From assembly GCF_009914755.1 (NCBI RefSeq), contig NC_060925.1: DNA of 64,000 nucleotides; one strand, given 5' to 3'. Numbering within the stretch: position 1 is the first letter of the stretch; each line of letters begins with the position of its first letter. The notes under the pieces were generated by a model. It was not told the origin of the DNA. It did no database searches and saw only the letters and a list, made by a program, of their open reading frames with translations. A program made the translations under genes and the position numbers. This stretch comes from the human T2T-CHM13v2.0 reference genome, Homo sapiens. This document shows positions 14,860-31,700 of the stretch, piece after piece.

Positions 14860-16300
14860 ATTCATTCAAAAAATATTTATTAAACTCCTACTATGTGTCA
14901 GTCACTATTCTAAGATGCTGGGAATATAACTGTGAACAAGAAAAGCAAGGATTGTGCTCTTGTGATGCTTGCATAGAGATGGAATGAGAGAGGGAGTACA
15001 AGAAAAAGATAATAAATGAAGAATGAGCATCATGAAAAAAAAAGCTAGGCAAGAGAGTGGAGAGCAATGGGGATGTGATTTTACGTAAGGTGGACAGACG
15101 AAGAGATCAGCAGGTGTGAAGGCCCTGGGGTGTGGGTTTGAGCACAATAAAGGGGGCTGGTGGGTGGTGGAGAGGACAAGTGACAAGATCAGAGGTGGAA
15201 GGCACCCAATCATCAAGGGGCTTATAGGTCAGGGCAAAGGAGATGAAAAGCCAGTGGAGAGCTTTGAGCAGAGGGGTGACAGGATCTGATTAACACTTGA
15301 AAGGGGGCACTCCTGGCTATCCTGTGAATAGGCTGCAGGGAGGCACGTGATGGAAGCAAGGAAAGGGGTTGCGAGGCTGTTCCCACTGATCCAGGTGAGA
15401 AGCGATGGTGGGTTAGTTAGATTAGGGTGGCAGCAGTGGAATTGGTGAGATTTCCTGGTGAGGTTGATGAGAAGTGTGAAAAACAGAGACATACAGGATG
15501 ACTCACTGCTACATTTCCAGTCTGAACAACTGAAAGGATGGAGTTGCCTTTTACTGAAATGGGGATCCTGGGAGGGAATAGGTTGGAAATGGGACACAAT
15601 CAAGTGTTGTTCTTGGTACATGTGACATTTTCAATGCAAATGAAGACATTAAGTAAAGAGCTGGAATATTTGGGTCCAGAGTTGGGAGAGGCTGAGGCTA
15701 AAGATACAGATTAAGAGTCATCAGAGAATAGATGATTTTTCAGACCACAAAGGTAGGTGAAATCAACCCCCCTAGGGAAAGCACAGCTAATAAAGAGAAG
15801 AGGTCCAAAGCAGGTGCCCCAGTCCCAAAGTCTAAGAGTCTGGAAAGATGGAAGGAGACAGGAATGGAATCTAAATGCTGGTCAGCAAAGAAGAATGACC
15901 AACAGAAGGGTAGAGGAGACTCTGGGAAGAAAAACTGATCAATTATGTCAGATGCTGGGATGAATAAAAAAAAAGTGAGGAACAAAAAATGACCTTTGGA
16001 TTTGGACTATGAAGGTTGTTGGTGATCCCGTGAAAAGCAGTTTTAGTAGAGTGGTGGAGATGAATCCAGACTGGAAAGGACTCAAGAGAGAACAGAGGAG
16101 AAGACATATGCACAAGGTTTTTGAGAAGCATTGCTGTAAAGAGGAGCAGAAAAAGGGTATGTGGCTTCAGGGGGAAGTGGGAAATGGGAGAATTTTGTCT
16201 AAGAATGGGAGATGGCAGGACATGTTTGTATATTAATAGAATCCAGCAGAAAGGGAGAAGTCAATGATGTGGAGAGAAAGTAGGTACATCTACAGGAGCA
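14860..16300 (-). mobile_element. L2 LINE relic
   Basis: attcattcaaaaaatatttattaaactcctactatgtg (L2 3' end in reverse) followed by a purine-rich degenerate L2 body. Confidence 0.7.
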
Positions 16301-16424
16301 CTGTCTTTCTGTAAGTGAGAGGAGCTGGGCTTAGGGGAGTTTCTTCACTACAACACAGACAAGTATCTGATTCTGACCACGGAATATCCCGAAGAGCAAA
16401 GACAGGTTAAAGAACCAGAAAGGT

Positions 16425-16725
16425 CAGCTGGGTGTGGTGGCTCACACCTGTAATCCCAGCACTTTGGGAAGCTGAAGCGGGCAAATCACTTGAGCTCAGG
16501 ATTTCGAGATCAGCCTGGGCAACATAGGGAAACCCTGTCTCTACAAAAAATACAAAAAACTAGCTGGGAAGCATACACCTGTGGTTCTAGCTACCGGGAG
16601 GCTGAGGTGGGATGACCACTGGAGCCTGGAAAGTCAAGGCTGCAGCAAGCTGAGATCCCAGCACTGCACTCCAGCCTGGACAACAGAGTGAGACCTTGTC
16701 TCCAAAAAATAAATTAATTAATTAA
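16425..16725 (+). mobile_element. Alu (AluJ-like)
   Basis: Dimeric Alu; TSD aaagaaccagaaaggt / aaagagccagaaaggt. Confidence 0.92.
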
Positions 16726-16945
16726 AAAGAGCCAGAAAGGTGAGAGAGGTAGAACCCCGAGGATTTACTTAATAACAACTTGCATAGGAAAACTGCAGGA
16801 GAAAAAGGAGTCCAGGATGACTCCTGGTCAAATCACTGGCCTAAGTCACACACTGGCTGCTTGAACTGGACACCAGCAAAAGCAAGAGCTTGGCAGATCA
16901 TGAGAAGCCAGTATTCCTGAAGAGCGCTCCAAAACCAGCTCTTAC

Positions 16946-17082
16946 TTTTCCAGAAGCACTGGGGGTCGGGACATCATGGTGATCCTCCTCCAATACCACA
17001 CCATAATGATGAAGATGCTGGGCGTAAGGAAGGTCTTCATGGCAAACCACACCTTGGTGAAGCCTCCATTTTGGTGGATCCC
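16946..17082 (-). CDS. WLS: WLS coding exon 5 (137 nt): GIHQNGGFTKVWFAMKTFLTPSIFIIMVWYWRRITMMSRPPVLLEK
   Basis: Acceptor ctgcctag|GGGATC, donor GAAAA|gtaaga. Confidence 0.97.
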
Positions 17083-17289
17083 CTAGGCAGAGACCAGTGA
17101 TAATTTTGAAGGTGAATATTATCTTAGCATTTCCTTCTACTAGCAAATGCTTTTGTGGGAGAGGTAAGTGGAGACCTCGTCTGCGAATGTTCACGATCAA
17201 GAGCTTTCACATTCATAGCAGGTACTGCCCTCATACACCCTTGGACTCTCCTCAGAGATAATAGAAATACATATTAAAAGAGCCCTGTG

Positions 17290-17711
17290 CTATGGACCTG
17301 AGACCAGAGAAATAAAGAGGGCATCCCATTCACAATAACGGCTTTCATGTTCTGGGGTCTGAAAGAAGAACATGGGGCTTTGGGGCAGGGTCACTATTTC
17401 CAAGAGACTTCGAATTATCTTACCTTGGACTCATCCCACTGATATTAAAATGCTAATACCTAAAGATACACTTTAGAGGTACGGATTAATAGGGCAGGTA
17501 TGGATTAATAGGGCATACAGGGTGTATGATATCTACCCAGCTACCACCCCCACAGTGTACCCCCCAAAAAAGCCACATTTGAGGTAGAACCAGAAATTTC
17601 AGGTAAAAAGCAGAGATATCCTCTATCTCTTAACACCTCTCTTGGCCGTTTAATCCTCATTCTACCCTCACATCTTACTAATCTGGTCTACTAAGGCTAC
17701 AAGAGCTTTTT
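17290..17711 (-). pseudogene. Decayed tandem duplicate of the WLS exon 4 5' part plus upstream intron (pseudo-exon 4b)
   Basis: Colinear with ~18640-19045 at an offset of ~1331 nt. ttctttcag|ACCCCAGAACATGAA translates to TPEHESRYCEWDAL versus TPEHEGRYYECDVL in exon 4; TAG at 17290-17292. Confidence 0.88.
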
Positions 17712-18527
17712 CCCTATGCTAAGATTACGATTAAGTACATGATCAATTTTTTTTGTAAGCTTTTCATTAGAAAGTTGCAGATATCCTAGATGGTCAATAT
17801 GTTGAGATTGGTAAGTGTTAAGGTAAATCTATTCTATAAAATGCTAATCAATATTGGAAAGTATATTTATATTACATTCACCAATTTATATTACATATAC
17901 CATTAAATAAAGAAAGCAAGGAAAACAGTCAGTTCAATATGATCCTACTTTTTGTAAGGGAATTACTACGTATAAAAAAAAGCCTGGAAGGAGATATATC
18001 AAAACCTGAACAGTGATTATTTCTCTAAATAGTAGGACATTACAGGTAATTATTATGCTTTTCTGTGTCTCTACACAATTCTTGTGGGACTTTGTTGAGA
18101 TTGAAAAGAAATGGCCTCCTTGCAGCAAGTTCTAACTTTTCCCCAATTAAACAAATATGATGGAAAGAACCTAAACCACCCCTATTCCTTTTAACATTTG
18201 TGCTTGCAAGGTGAAACACATAAAAAAGAAAATTTACTTTTATCTCAGTGTTATTCATTATGCAATCATGACTATTTCATGATCTTATCATCATTGTAAT
18301 GATCTTAAGTGATCTTAAGCCCATTTAAAATCTTAAGTGGGCACAATAATTGCATTGTTTCCCATTTCTGTAATCTCTCACACAAATTAGTTCACTTTAT
18401 GATCTCAGCCATCATGAGTATGTTATTATTCCCATTTCTCAGATGAGACAGGTGAGGCATAGAGGTGCCAAGAGTGAGATGGAGTTCCCCTCCAATACAC
18501 ATGTCAAAATCAATTACATTCACTTAC

Positions 18528-18689
18528 CACCAACCGGATATCCTTTATCTCCCCAATTCCCACATTGATTTTCTTCTTCTCATTCACAGGCAGCCGGATG
18601 TTTAAAAGGTAAAACTTATGGGCCACAGACCCAATTTCCATGAAAGGAAGGACATCACATTCATAGTAACGGCCCTCATGCTCTGGAGT
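18528..18689 (-). CDS. WLS: WLS coding exon 4 (162 nt): TPEHEGRYYECDVLPFMEIGSVAHK...IKDIRLV
   Basis: Acceptor tttttccag|ACTCCA, donor TTGGTG|gtaagt; lies within ORF 18510..18776. Confidence 0.97.
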
Positions 18690-21532
18690 CTGGAAAAAGA
18701 GCAGAGGGTTTGAGGCAGGGTCACTATTTCCAATAGACTGGCTCTGAATTCTGTTACCCTGGATCCATAACATCAATTGTAAGCAGCTAATGCTTAAAGG
18801 TACACTTTAGACGTACAGAGTAACAATGCATACTGGAGGCATGGCGTCTACCCAGCTATCCCAACCTAAAACAAACATCAACAACAACAACAACAAAAAA
18901 CAGCTGTATTCAAGGTAGAACCAGAAATTTTAGGTAGAAAGCAGAGATACCTTCCTTCTATCTCCTAACACCTTTCTAGGCTGTTTAATCTTCATTAGAA
19001 CCTCGCATCTTACGAATCTTGTCTGCCAGGGCTACAAGAGTTTTTATCTGCAGTGTGTTGTCAGGGTCCTCTAAGGCTCTGTGGAACAGTCAGCTTCTTA
19101 AACGTTCAGGTGGAAGCTCTTGCTGAATCATTACACTCTTTAATGACGGCTAATTATTCTCCTGATTTTGGCCTGAGGGAGAAGCTAGAAGAAGCTGAAA
19201 ATATCTTCTTTTTATTCACTTGCCAGGAAAAAAAAAGACACAAGGAGCCGTTGGTATTTAGGGAAGGTCGAAACAGAAGAAAGAAAGATAATAAGATTAG
19301 TGGCCAGAGATACCCACTAAGAATTTTCTGCCTCCGGTGCTTCCTAACAGTCCAAGATGGCAGAAGGGAATAGAAGTTTTAATGAAATAAGAATTTAGCC
19401 CAGTGTCTAGGAAAGCCTCTTGGACTTCGTGCCAAACAATTTAAGAGATACTGCCCAGAGCACGGTGGTGGGAAATTGGACAGTAGGGAGACACCTTTTT
19501 TTTGAAAACTAAATTCTGCTCCACCTCACCAGGACTCCCGGCTGTGTACCTGCTGAGGGGTGGGGGCCAGGGGTAAAGATGAGCATAAAGAGGCATGAGC
19601 TTCAGCAGGCCGGGACTTTTCCCTGATATAGAAGATGAGAGTCTACCATCAATGTTGGGTTTCTATGTCAGCTTCAATGTTTCCTTGGCACCTCCTGATC
19701 AAGTGATAGGGGAGATCTAATTTGTCGTTCCTAAGCCTGAATTTGCAAGACCTCCATAATTTGTCATAAATCTTCAGAGCAAAGATCCACTGAAGAAGTG
19801 AGAAGAAAGAAGATAACAAAGAGTCCATAGTCTAAGAGTGTGTAGGAAGGGGCTAGGAAGGGGCTCTGCCCCTTCTGAGATCTTGGCTGGTGGGGAGGGT
19901 TCCTTACTGAACAGTCAGAGCTTAGAATGCAGTAAACAGACCTTTGTACAGAGACAGAGACACACACGGCAAGGTAGAGGTGGGGAGGTGCTTCTACCTC
20001 CTCTTGCCCACCACGGCACACATAACCAATCAGTCGTCAACAGTTTTTATCCCTAAGGTGTGAGCAGCTCTTGTCAGACACACCAGTTGATTAGAGTTGG
20101 CATGTGAGATTTTTAAAAATTCTTCTGTAGAAAGAATGCTGCTTTTTCAAACCTCAGCTGCAGGTCAGATGATTCTTCCTATATAGATCATCTTTCTCTC
20201 CCCTCCACTCCTTTCTCTCTTATACTTTCAAATCAGGGAGGATGGGGGCTCTGCAGGTACTACTAAAAGTTCACTGCAGGCTCTAATTCTCCCTCAGATT
20301 AAGCTGCAGTGAGGAGGCTGATTATCCTCTGTGGTAACAGCAAGAGGGTATTTTCTGATTTGTTTCCAGTTAGGGCCTTATTTTATTGATGGAAATTGAG
20401 AACTTGAGGGCGGAAGGGAACAAAACCTACTTAGTCTAATTCCATCTGGTGTGTGTCTCGCCCAGGGTCCCAAAAGTAGTAGCAGAATTGGGAGAAGGAC
20501 ATGGGCCCTGCCCAAAGGCAGGCATTGTGCTGTGATAAAGACTCCTGAACTCCAGGCCAGGAGGCTGATTCTAGTCCTGACCATGTTCCTTGCTGGGTAC
20601 CTTGGGTCACCCTGCCTCATTTGGCCTCAGTTTCCTCCTAAGTGAGAAAGTTAAGTAAGATGATCTCCAGGGTCACTTCTAATCCCCCACGATGGGTCTC
20701 TGGGTGCCCCACACTTCCCTGTCACTACTGAGTGAGTAAAATGGACACCCTTGACACAAATTTACCTAAGTTCAAATTAAAAGAGACACATTGGCATCTG
20801 GGACACTGGCTCAACCTTCCTGTCTCAGAGACAAGTTCGTTGTATCCTGTTAGAGACTTTTCTTCATGCACTAAAGTCCTGCCTCTGCCAGTATTTAGGG
20901 CATTTAAGAAGATTCCTCTCTCTCCTTCCTTTGCCCCACCCCCAGTTCTCCCCCAACTCCAGCATGAGACTAGCTCATTAGGACAAATTACAGCAGGTGG
21001 CAACTTGACTTTTTTTTTTTTTAACTTCACAATCCACCAGGGACTCAAAAGCTTTAAAGCAATTTCTCATTTAATCTTGAGACTCAAGACTAAATTTCAC
21101 TGCAATCAAAAAGCAGAGACTTGATGATTCATTTCCTTCGCACTTTTCAAGATTTAATATCTTTCTTGCAAGGGATCAACACATCCTAAAGATAATTAAG
21201 CATTAAGAAGCAGTTGCAGGCAAACACCCTTCCCCCTCGCTACTCAGTGCCCTCCATGTGTATAAATGAGAAATGACTTTTCCCTTTTCTATGGATAAAA
21301 TTCTGTATCCGAAAGCCATCTAGCTTAGATGTTCAACCAGTATTTCAAAGATGCAGTCAACTTGCAGAGATAGCTAGAAAGGTTTTTAATTTTCTTGGTT
21401 GCATGCAAAGATCTGAAAATGTTAGCTGTTCCTCTCTCCTGCTTCCTCTAGTTTGTCTATCATTCATTTCTACCTACAAATGGCTTTCTCTGGAGGACAG
21501 CCCTATATTTAGCACTCAGCAGAGGGTCTAGG

Positions 21533-21718
21533 GCAGTGGCTCTCAAACTTCATAGAGTTTAATAAACTGAAGGCCTGTTAAAACACAGATTCCTTGCTCC
21601 TACACCCTGAGACATTGACTTAATAGGTTCTGGGTGTGCCCTGGGAATCTGCCTTTCCTAAAACCTCTCAGGTGATGCTGCCACTGTTGGTTCTCAGAAC
21701 ACATTTTCTGTAGCTTTG
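21533..21718. mobile_element. MER5A-like hAT MITE
   Basis: Motifs cagtggctctcaaactt, aaaacacagattcc and caggtgatgctg. Confidence 0.65.
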
Positions 21719-21923
21719 TTCTAGGAAACCTGCGGGAGGGAGACTCCCCTAGTGTTTCAAAAAACACTGCAATGGGTACTTAGGTTTACCCATGGAGGGC
21801 CTTAGTTTATATGTTTTCTCCTAGTGGCCCATCTGGTTAATATCCGCTTTGACTCTCAAATATGTCCCAGACAAGATGTTAAATTAGAAGGTCATCCTGC
21901 CTACGTCATTGTATCATCTAGTC

Positions 21924-22142
21924 CAGGGGTGTCCAATCTTTTGGCTTCTCTGGGCCAAACCGGAAGGAGGAGAATTGTCTTGAGCCACACATAAAATACA
22001 CTAATAATAGCTGATGAGCTAAAAAAAAAAAAAATCACAAAAAGAAATTATAATGTTTTAAGAAAGTAATGAATTTACATTGGGCCACATTCAAAGCCGT
22101 CCTGGGCTGCATGCGGCCCGCAGGCAGAGTTGGACAAGCTTG
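21924..22142 (+). mobile_element. MER30-like hAT DNA transposon
   Basis: caggggtgtccaatctt...ttggacaagcttg termini with an 8-bp TSD atctagtc / atctagcc, typical of hAT elements. Confidence 0.85.
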
Positions 22143-22552
22143 ATCTAGCCCTTAAACAGACTCCCAAGGTAGGTACTCTTATCTCATCTTGCAGAAGAAA
22201 AACTGAAGCTCAGACAGATTATGTAAGCTTACCTGAGGTCACACCGTCAGTGATAAAACCACCTAATCTTTCTCCTCTTTAGGAAAAAAATGGCTAAAGC
22301 TGGGGCAAGGTACTCAGAGGCTTCAACCTCATGTTTTTACTATTTTGCAGGAAATCTTAACAGTAATAGGCAAAAGCAAAGTTAGGAAAGGCCCGTGGCA
22401 GGAGAGAAGAGGAAATAAAATGCTCCGCAGAGCAGGTATTACCAAAGCTGTCCTCATGCGAAGAAGGGACACACCTATGAAAAGTAAGCAAATCTTTCCA
22501 CATACCTGAGAACCAAATAAAAACTGTCAGCTTAGACAGCAAGGGGTCATAC

Positions 22553-22677
22553 CTTGGGAGATGTGAAGGTGCATTTGAGTTTCCGTGGTACTCTTTCATG
22601 GGCCATTTCAGTCCACTCAGCAAACGCGTCATCACGGTAAGCCAGGGAAACGTCCATGGAGACTTCTGCATTTTCTC
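22553..22677 (-). CDS. WLS: WLS coding exon 3 (125 nt): RENAEVSMDVSLAYRDDAFAEWTEMAHERVPRKLKCTFTSPK
   Basis: Acceptor ctcttgcag|GAGAAAATG, donor CCCAAG|gtatga; translated by hand. Confidence 0.97.
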
Positions 22678-23503
22678 CTGCAAGAGAAAGGATGCACGTT
22701 TCAGAAATGACTTTTGGAAAGATATTTTAGAAACAGCTCAAAAAATTCTTATAGGCTTTGACTTGGAAACCAACGAGACAAAAGGGAAATATTAATTTCT
22801 ATCAAACTCCAAACCTGAAGACTTAGAAGTCATAGGATGAAAGTCTAAGCCAAATGCTGGGTCCCCTCTCATGTCCACTCTGCCAGAGTCAAGAGCCTCC
22901 ATTTAAACTCTTCCAGAGACAGGGGCCTCACTCTCTCTGAGGGAGCACAAATGGTCAGACCTCATCCTCCCATAACTTGTACCATGGGTCCTAGGTCTGC
23001 CTGTAGAAGCCACGTGGAAGGTGATGTCCTTCCTTCTTCCATAAAAAGTGCCTTATGTTCTTGAAAACCATACCACATCTGCCTGCATTCTCTTTCCTCT
23101 CTGATAAACATGACCAAGTTTTTCAACCACCTCTCAGACACGTCCCTCTGGGGCTCTTCTCTGGTCACACTCTGTCTGAAAACATCCTTCTCAAACTTAT
23201 TCCCGAAAGTTCTCAAATATAGGATTTGCTACTTTTCCAAAAGTCAAAATCCCTTCATATTGTGGATGAAGTTAATGTAAAAGGCAAAGTGTTTTTCCAA
23301 AATTAAAGACTTATACACAGATAGGAATAATACATAATTGCACAAATGAATGTTCACACATACTTCCATATGTGTGGACTGGACCACGAATGAGTTAAAC
23401 TCACCACAGAACTCATTAAGGAGATGAGATTAATAAAACATTGCACCTATTAATTTTGTCTGTTTTATACTATGATGAGCAAGTTCAAGAGCAGAGAAGT
23501 CTT

Positions 23504-27046
<3,543 letters not shown>

Positions 27047-27667
27047 CAGAGAAGTCTTAATGAGGAAAAAAAAAAAAAAGCACAAATCACATTTCCAAAA
27101 TGACTGGAGATCCTGCCACCACTAGGGTTATGAAAATGGGCACAATTTTAGGCTCTGGCTATTCAGCCTTGAAGAAGTCTCAGTATCCAGGCACCTGAGT
27201 TTGCTCCATACCCACCTCCTCCAGGGCTGCGACAAGGATTAAAAGTCAAGTTAGTGAAAGCACTGCATGCTGCCTCATATGCAGTAGGTGCTTAATAAAT
27301 GTTTACTAAACCTGAACACATACAAGTCACAAGGGAAACAGATAGGAATAACTGCCCTCTGAAAAGCAGGGCTTTTCTACGGTGGCTTAAAGCTGACATG
27401 GCAGCATGGCAGATCCCTGGTTCTCAGAAGAAATCTCGGAAAAGGAAGAGATGATCCATGGAAGAAGGAATTTGAGGCCATTCTGATATAGAGGAAACCC
27501 TCGATGAACATCAGTACCCACTATTCTATTATTCCTATTTTTATCCTCAGTTAAACATAGTGAATTAGCCACTGTGTTTTCCTCCTGAAATTCCACAAAA
27601 TAAAGACAAAGACAGTAAAAAGAAAAGCAAAAGATATTAAATCACAAGGGGAAAAAACTAACTGTAG

Positions 27668-28006
<339 letters not shown>

Positions 28007-28709
28007 TAAAAAATACATGAAGTAGGGTTTCCTGGCAGCCACAGCCTACACTCCTATAGAGGGGATATTCTAGAAAAGTGAGCCAACATATCTGCAGGAA
28101 CCTGAAGCCACTCAGAATTTGAAAGTACCAGGGGTTGCAGAAGGCAGAACAAAGCATGGCACTGACAATGGGGTGACTGGGTCAAAGTCTGCACACAAAA
28201 CTGCTGGACCTCAGTTCTCCCACATCTTCCCATCTGTGCAAGATCCAAGGAGAGACTCTGGACTTGAGGACACCAGGGGAATATGTAGACCCAGGGCTGG
28301 AGGTGGAGAAGAGCAAGAGTCTGTAGAAGAAACTGTGCCACTCCCAGCTTGGCAGAAACAATGTTCAGAGTTGGTATCTCCCCTTGGTCAGGGACCAAGC
28401 TGGCTACAACTTCTCCCCACTTAGTAGCCTCAGTGGTCAACAGAAAGAATCAGTCAGAGCTCCCATGGAGTCAAATCTTAGGCAATAAAGTACATCCTAC
28501 TTATAACGCTGGGAGTAGGAATTGGGACTTTAAACTGTGTTGAAAAGGGTGCTTGGAGAAACACAAGAGTATAAATATGAAAAGCTGTAAAAATGTCATC
28601 AGCTCACACACAGGTTACAAATTACTCACAGGTTGTTCTCCTTGGAGCCATAGGGTTCAGAGCAACACTAGCCTTAGACACAGGCAAGAGGGGCCTTTGA
28701 AGTTTGGGC

Positions 28710-28750
28710 CCCACACTTTTAAAGGGTCCCACACTTTTAAAGGGTCCCAC
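28710..28750. repeat. Exact 18-bp tandem duplication (2.3 copies)
   Basis: cccacacttttaaagggt x2 followed by cccac. Confidence 0.95.
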
Positions 28751-31700
28751 TCTGTCAACTGTTCCCTTCTTTATAGGACAAGAAGACTCCCAAGTGAAGG
28801 GGATATATATACCCAGAGCCTACAGACCCCCTCACTTCTAGACCACGCTCCGAGATGTCAGACTCCAGAACATTCTGCCTAGACAGCTCTGAACTCTTAT
28901 CTTACTTCCAAGGTCTGTGTGGCCTCTTTCCAGGTCTGGCTTCCCAAGAAGAACTAGACAACCACCTGTATACTCTTGGATGTTCGGTGGGGGTGGGAGT
29001 GAAAAGGCTGCTATTTGTTGGAAGATATGAACAGAGCTTGAGCTCGGAGGTTAGGGTGTCCATGTAGAAGCACGCAAGGCCCCTCTCTTTATGGGATGGA
29101 GTCAGCGGTGGGGAGAAAAGGGGTGTAGGGGCCCACACTTCCTGACCAGTCACATTTTGGCACAGAATTCCAAGTCGTCCATGAGTCCTCAATTCGAACC
29201 TGGCCATCCTGTTCATTATGCAAGTAACTCATCATCAGAGGATGCAACGTACTTGGCTTAACAGTTTGCTGGCCTGATTTATCACTTCTAAATATTTAGA
29301 CACATGATAGGCATGCCTTCATTCATACTGTTTCCCCAAGCCAGACAAATGTTTGTAGTGGGCCTGGTTCAGAGCAGGTGCCTCACAGAGACAAGGCTAG
29401 ATAGGATTGCTTCCTTGCCTGGTCCCAGCTTCAAAAGTTATTCTAATCTGTTGAGGATCCTCAAAGGAAAAACTATTTTAAAATATGCGGTTTAAAATGA
29501 AAATTGTGCACAGTATTTTAATGTACAATTACTCCATGTTAAGCTCCTGTGGTTTCTGTGCTTTAAATTACCTCATTTAATGTTCCCAACAATTCCATGA
29601 AGTGGACAGAATATTTTATTTTAATTAATGAGTAAAGTGATGCCCTCAGATCTTAAGGAACTTGTATAAAGTCATTGAAATTGCCTTAAAATAAAATCAC
29701 TTTTTTGGTATTGCTTAAAGAAAACTGGCTAACTTGTGATAGAAGAAGCCCCTCAAAGCAGTCACACAATATGAATATGCTAAGTCTTTAATAATAGCAA
29801 CAGCTCTCCTTCATCAGAGGCTAACATGCACCAGCCTTCTTCAGGCCTCACATCCATCCTGGGAGGAAGACGTTATATAAATTGCCCAAGAACATATGGC
29901 TAGTAAACAGCAGAGCTCAAGTCTGGATCACGTAAGGGCCCCACTGCACTCTACTACCTTTGCTGGTGAAAACAAACAAACACAGTAGAATTCAAAAGAA
30001 GCTAACAGCTGAATCAAGCATACTTGGTCAAAGAGCCACTCAACACAAACTAAATACCTTTCCAGCTTTCTACAGGAGAGAAACAGGCAATGTTCCTGGG
30101 AGGCTGCAAGTATGGCTCATAAGAATGTCTGGAATTATCTAATCTAAGCTTTCTAAAGCCATCTATTGTTGGCTGTTAAAATTATAGCATGTTCTGCCGT
30201 CTCTTCACGTTACCATCTCCTTACTTCCCGTGCAATCTGAAGCAGAGGTGTTATTCCTGTTTATGAGGTGAAGACGCCATAACTCAGAAAGCCCTACCCT
30301 AGAAATACCAGACTCAGGACCCTAGAGCTTCATAGCCAATAGTCTCATAGCATCCTGCCATCTTTTATGATGTACATAAAAAAATAGAAATCACAGGGAG
30401 AATGGCCTGTTCAAGTGACCTTTACTAGACTGTGATATCACTCCTCACCCCCAGACAGATAGCACACATGAGGTAGCACAGGTCAATCTTAGCAGACCTG
30501 GTTCCTTACCTGTTAGGATAAGACTTAACGCCTAGAATTTCATGATTATTACACTAGTTACTGCATGAAAAATGCTCAAGACAGAGCAGAAAGCATGAAG
30601 GGTAAGGTATTGTTGTTGACATTTTATTAGGGAAGTGAAACTCTTATCCTTAATTCAAAATAATTACCAGGTTTCAGGAACATGGAGCTTCCCACTATGA
30701 ATCCCTAATCCAAACCTAGATCACAAAACCCAGAAACGGGAAAGCACTGGACAGAGGAATACAGTAAAACTGCGAAGCTGGTTACCTGAATTGTTTTCTC
30801 TTCTGCCTCCAGTGGACTTGGAAATAAAGTTCAGCATTAATGATGATGTTGCATTTAATAAAACACTGGTTTCATGACTCCTGGGATACTGTGTGGGCAA
30901 TACTTCCCCTCCACCCTCCAGAGATAATGAAGGCGAAGAATCCAATTTGAACTCCCTGGGAGAATGGCAGGAAGGCTAAGCTACATTTGGCACTATATTA
31001 GAACTTTCCCTATAAAACAAGGACACTGGTTATATCAGTTTCATGGGGGTACAGTTGTAAGGTATCAGCATAGGGCATTTATAGATTTGAAATCCATGGT
31101 TTTCCATACCTATACTATACCAGCAGCTTTGGTATAGAAGCCCATAGGTCCTATGGGCTAGCCAAGCTTCACATTTCTCAAATAGCTTTGGAGACATATT
31201 TTAGTTGGGTGGAGAATTCATTCAGAGGAGGAAGGGAAGTGTGGAAAGGCACTGTCGTTCGTTACACTTACTATTTCCATCCTGTTATGGGGGCAGTTTC
31301 CCCTATGCTCCAGGGTTCCATAGGAGCAGACCTAGACTGCAAAGTGTGGTTACAGACAGAAAGATCCATGCCTTTCCATGTTGGGAAGCATCAACTAATT
31401 GTATCCTTAGGAAGTCTGTCTCTATACCAGTTATACTGCCCTGCCCTGCTTGAGAAAAGCAAAGCCAATCAGTTTTTCTGCAGGCAAGTGGAAAGTCAGA
31501 GAGGAGGGCAAGTACCTTCTATAAGCCAGAAATGGTGGGAGGGGGGTGCTAGAAATCGCTAGGAAAGAGGTCTAGTGTCCCCAAGAAATCTAGGGCAGCT
31601 GCTTAATGTAAGAATGGTCCCTGGGGTGGGAATGTGGGGAGAAGGAAAAGCAATGAAAAGGCCACTAGAGCCTTAATTGAGGAAGACATCAGAATGCTTG

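Noticed and set aside
16898-17200. 100-aa minus-strand ORF across exon 5
   Set aside because: It is out of frame with WLS exon 5, has a non-ATG start and shows no homology beyond the short VNIR relic already noted.
22675-22680. CAG-GAG NAGNAG acceptor at exon 3
   Set aside because: GAG distal acceptors are rarely used, and the sequence gives no support for usage.
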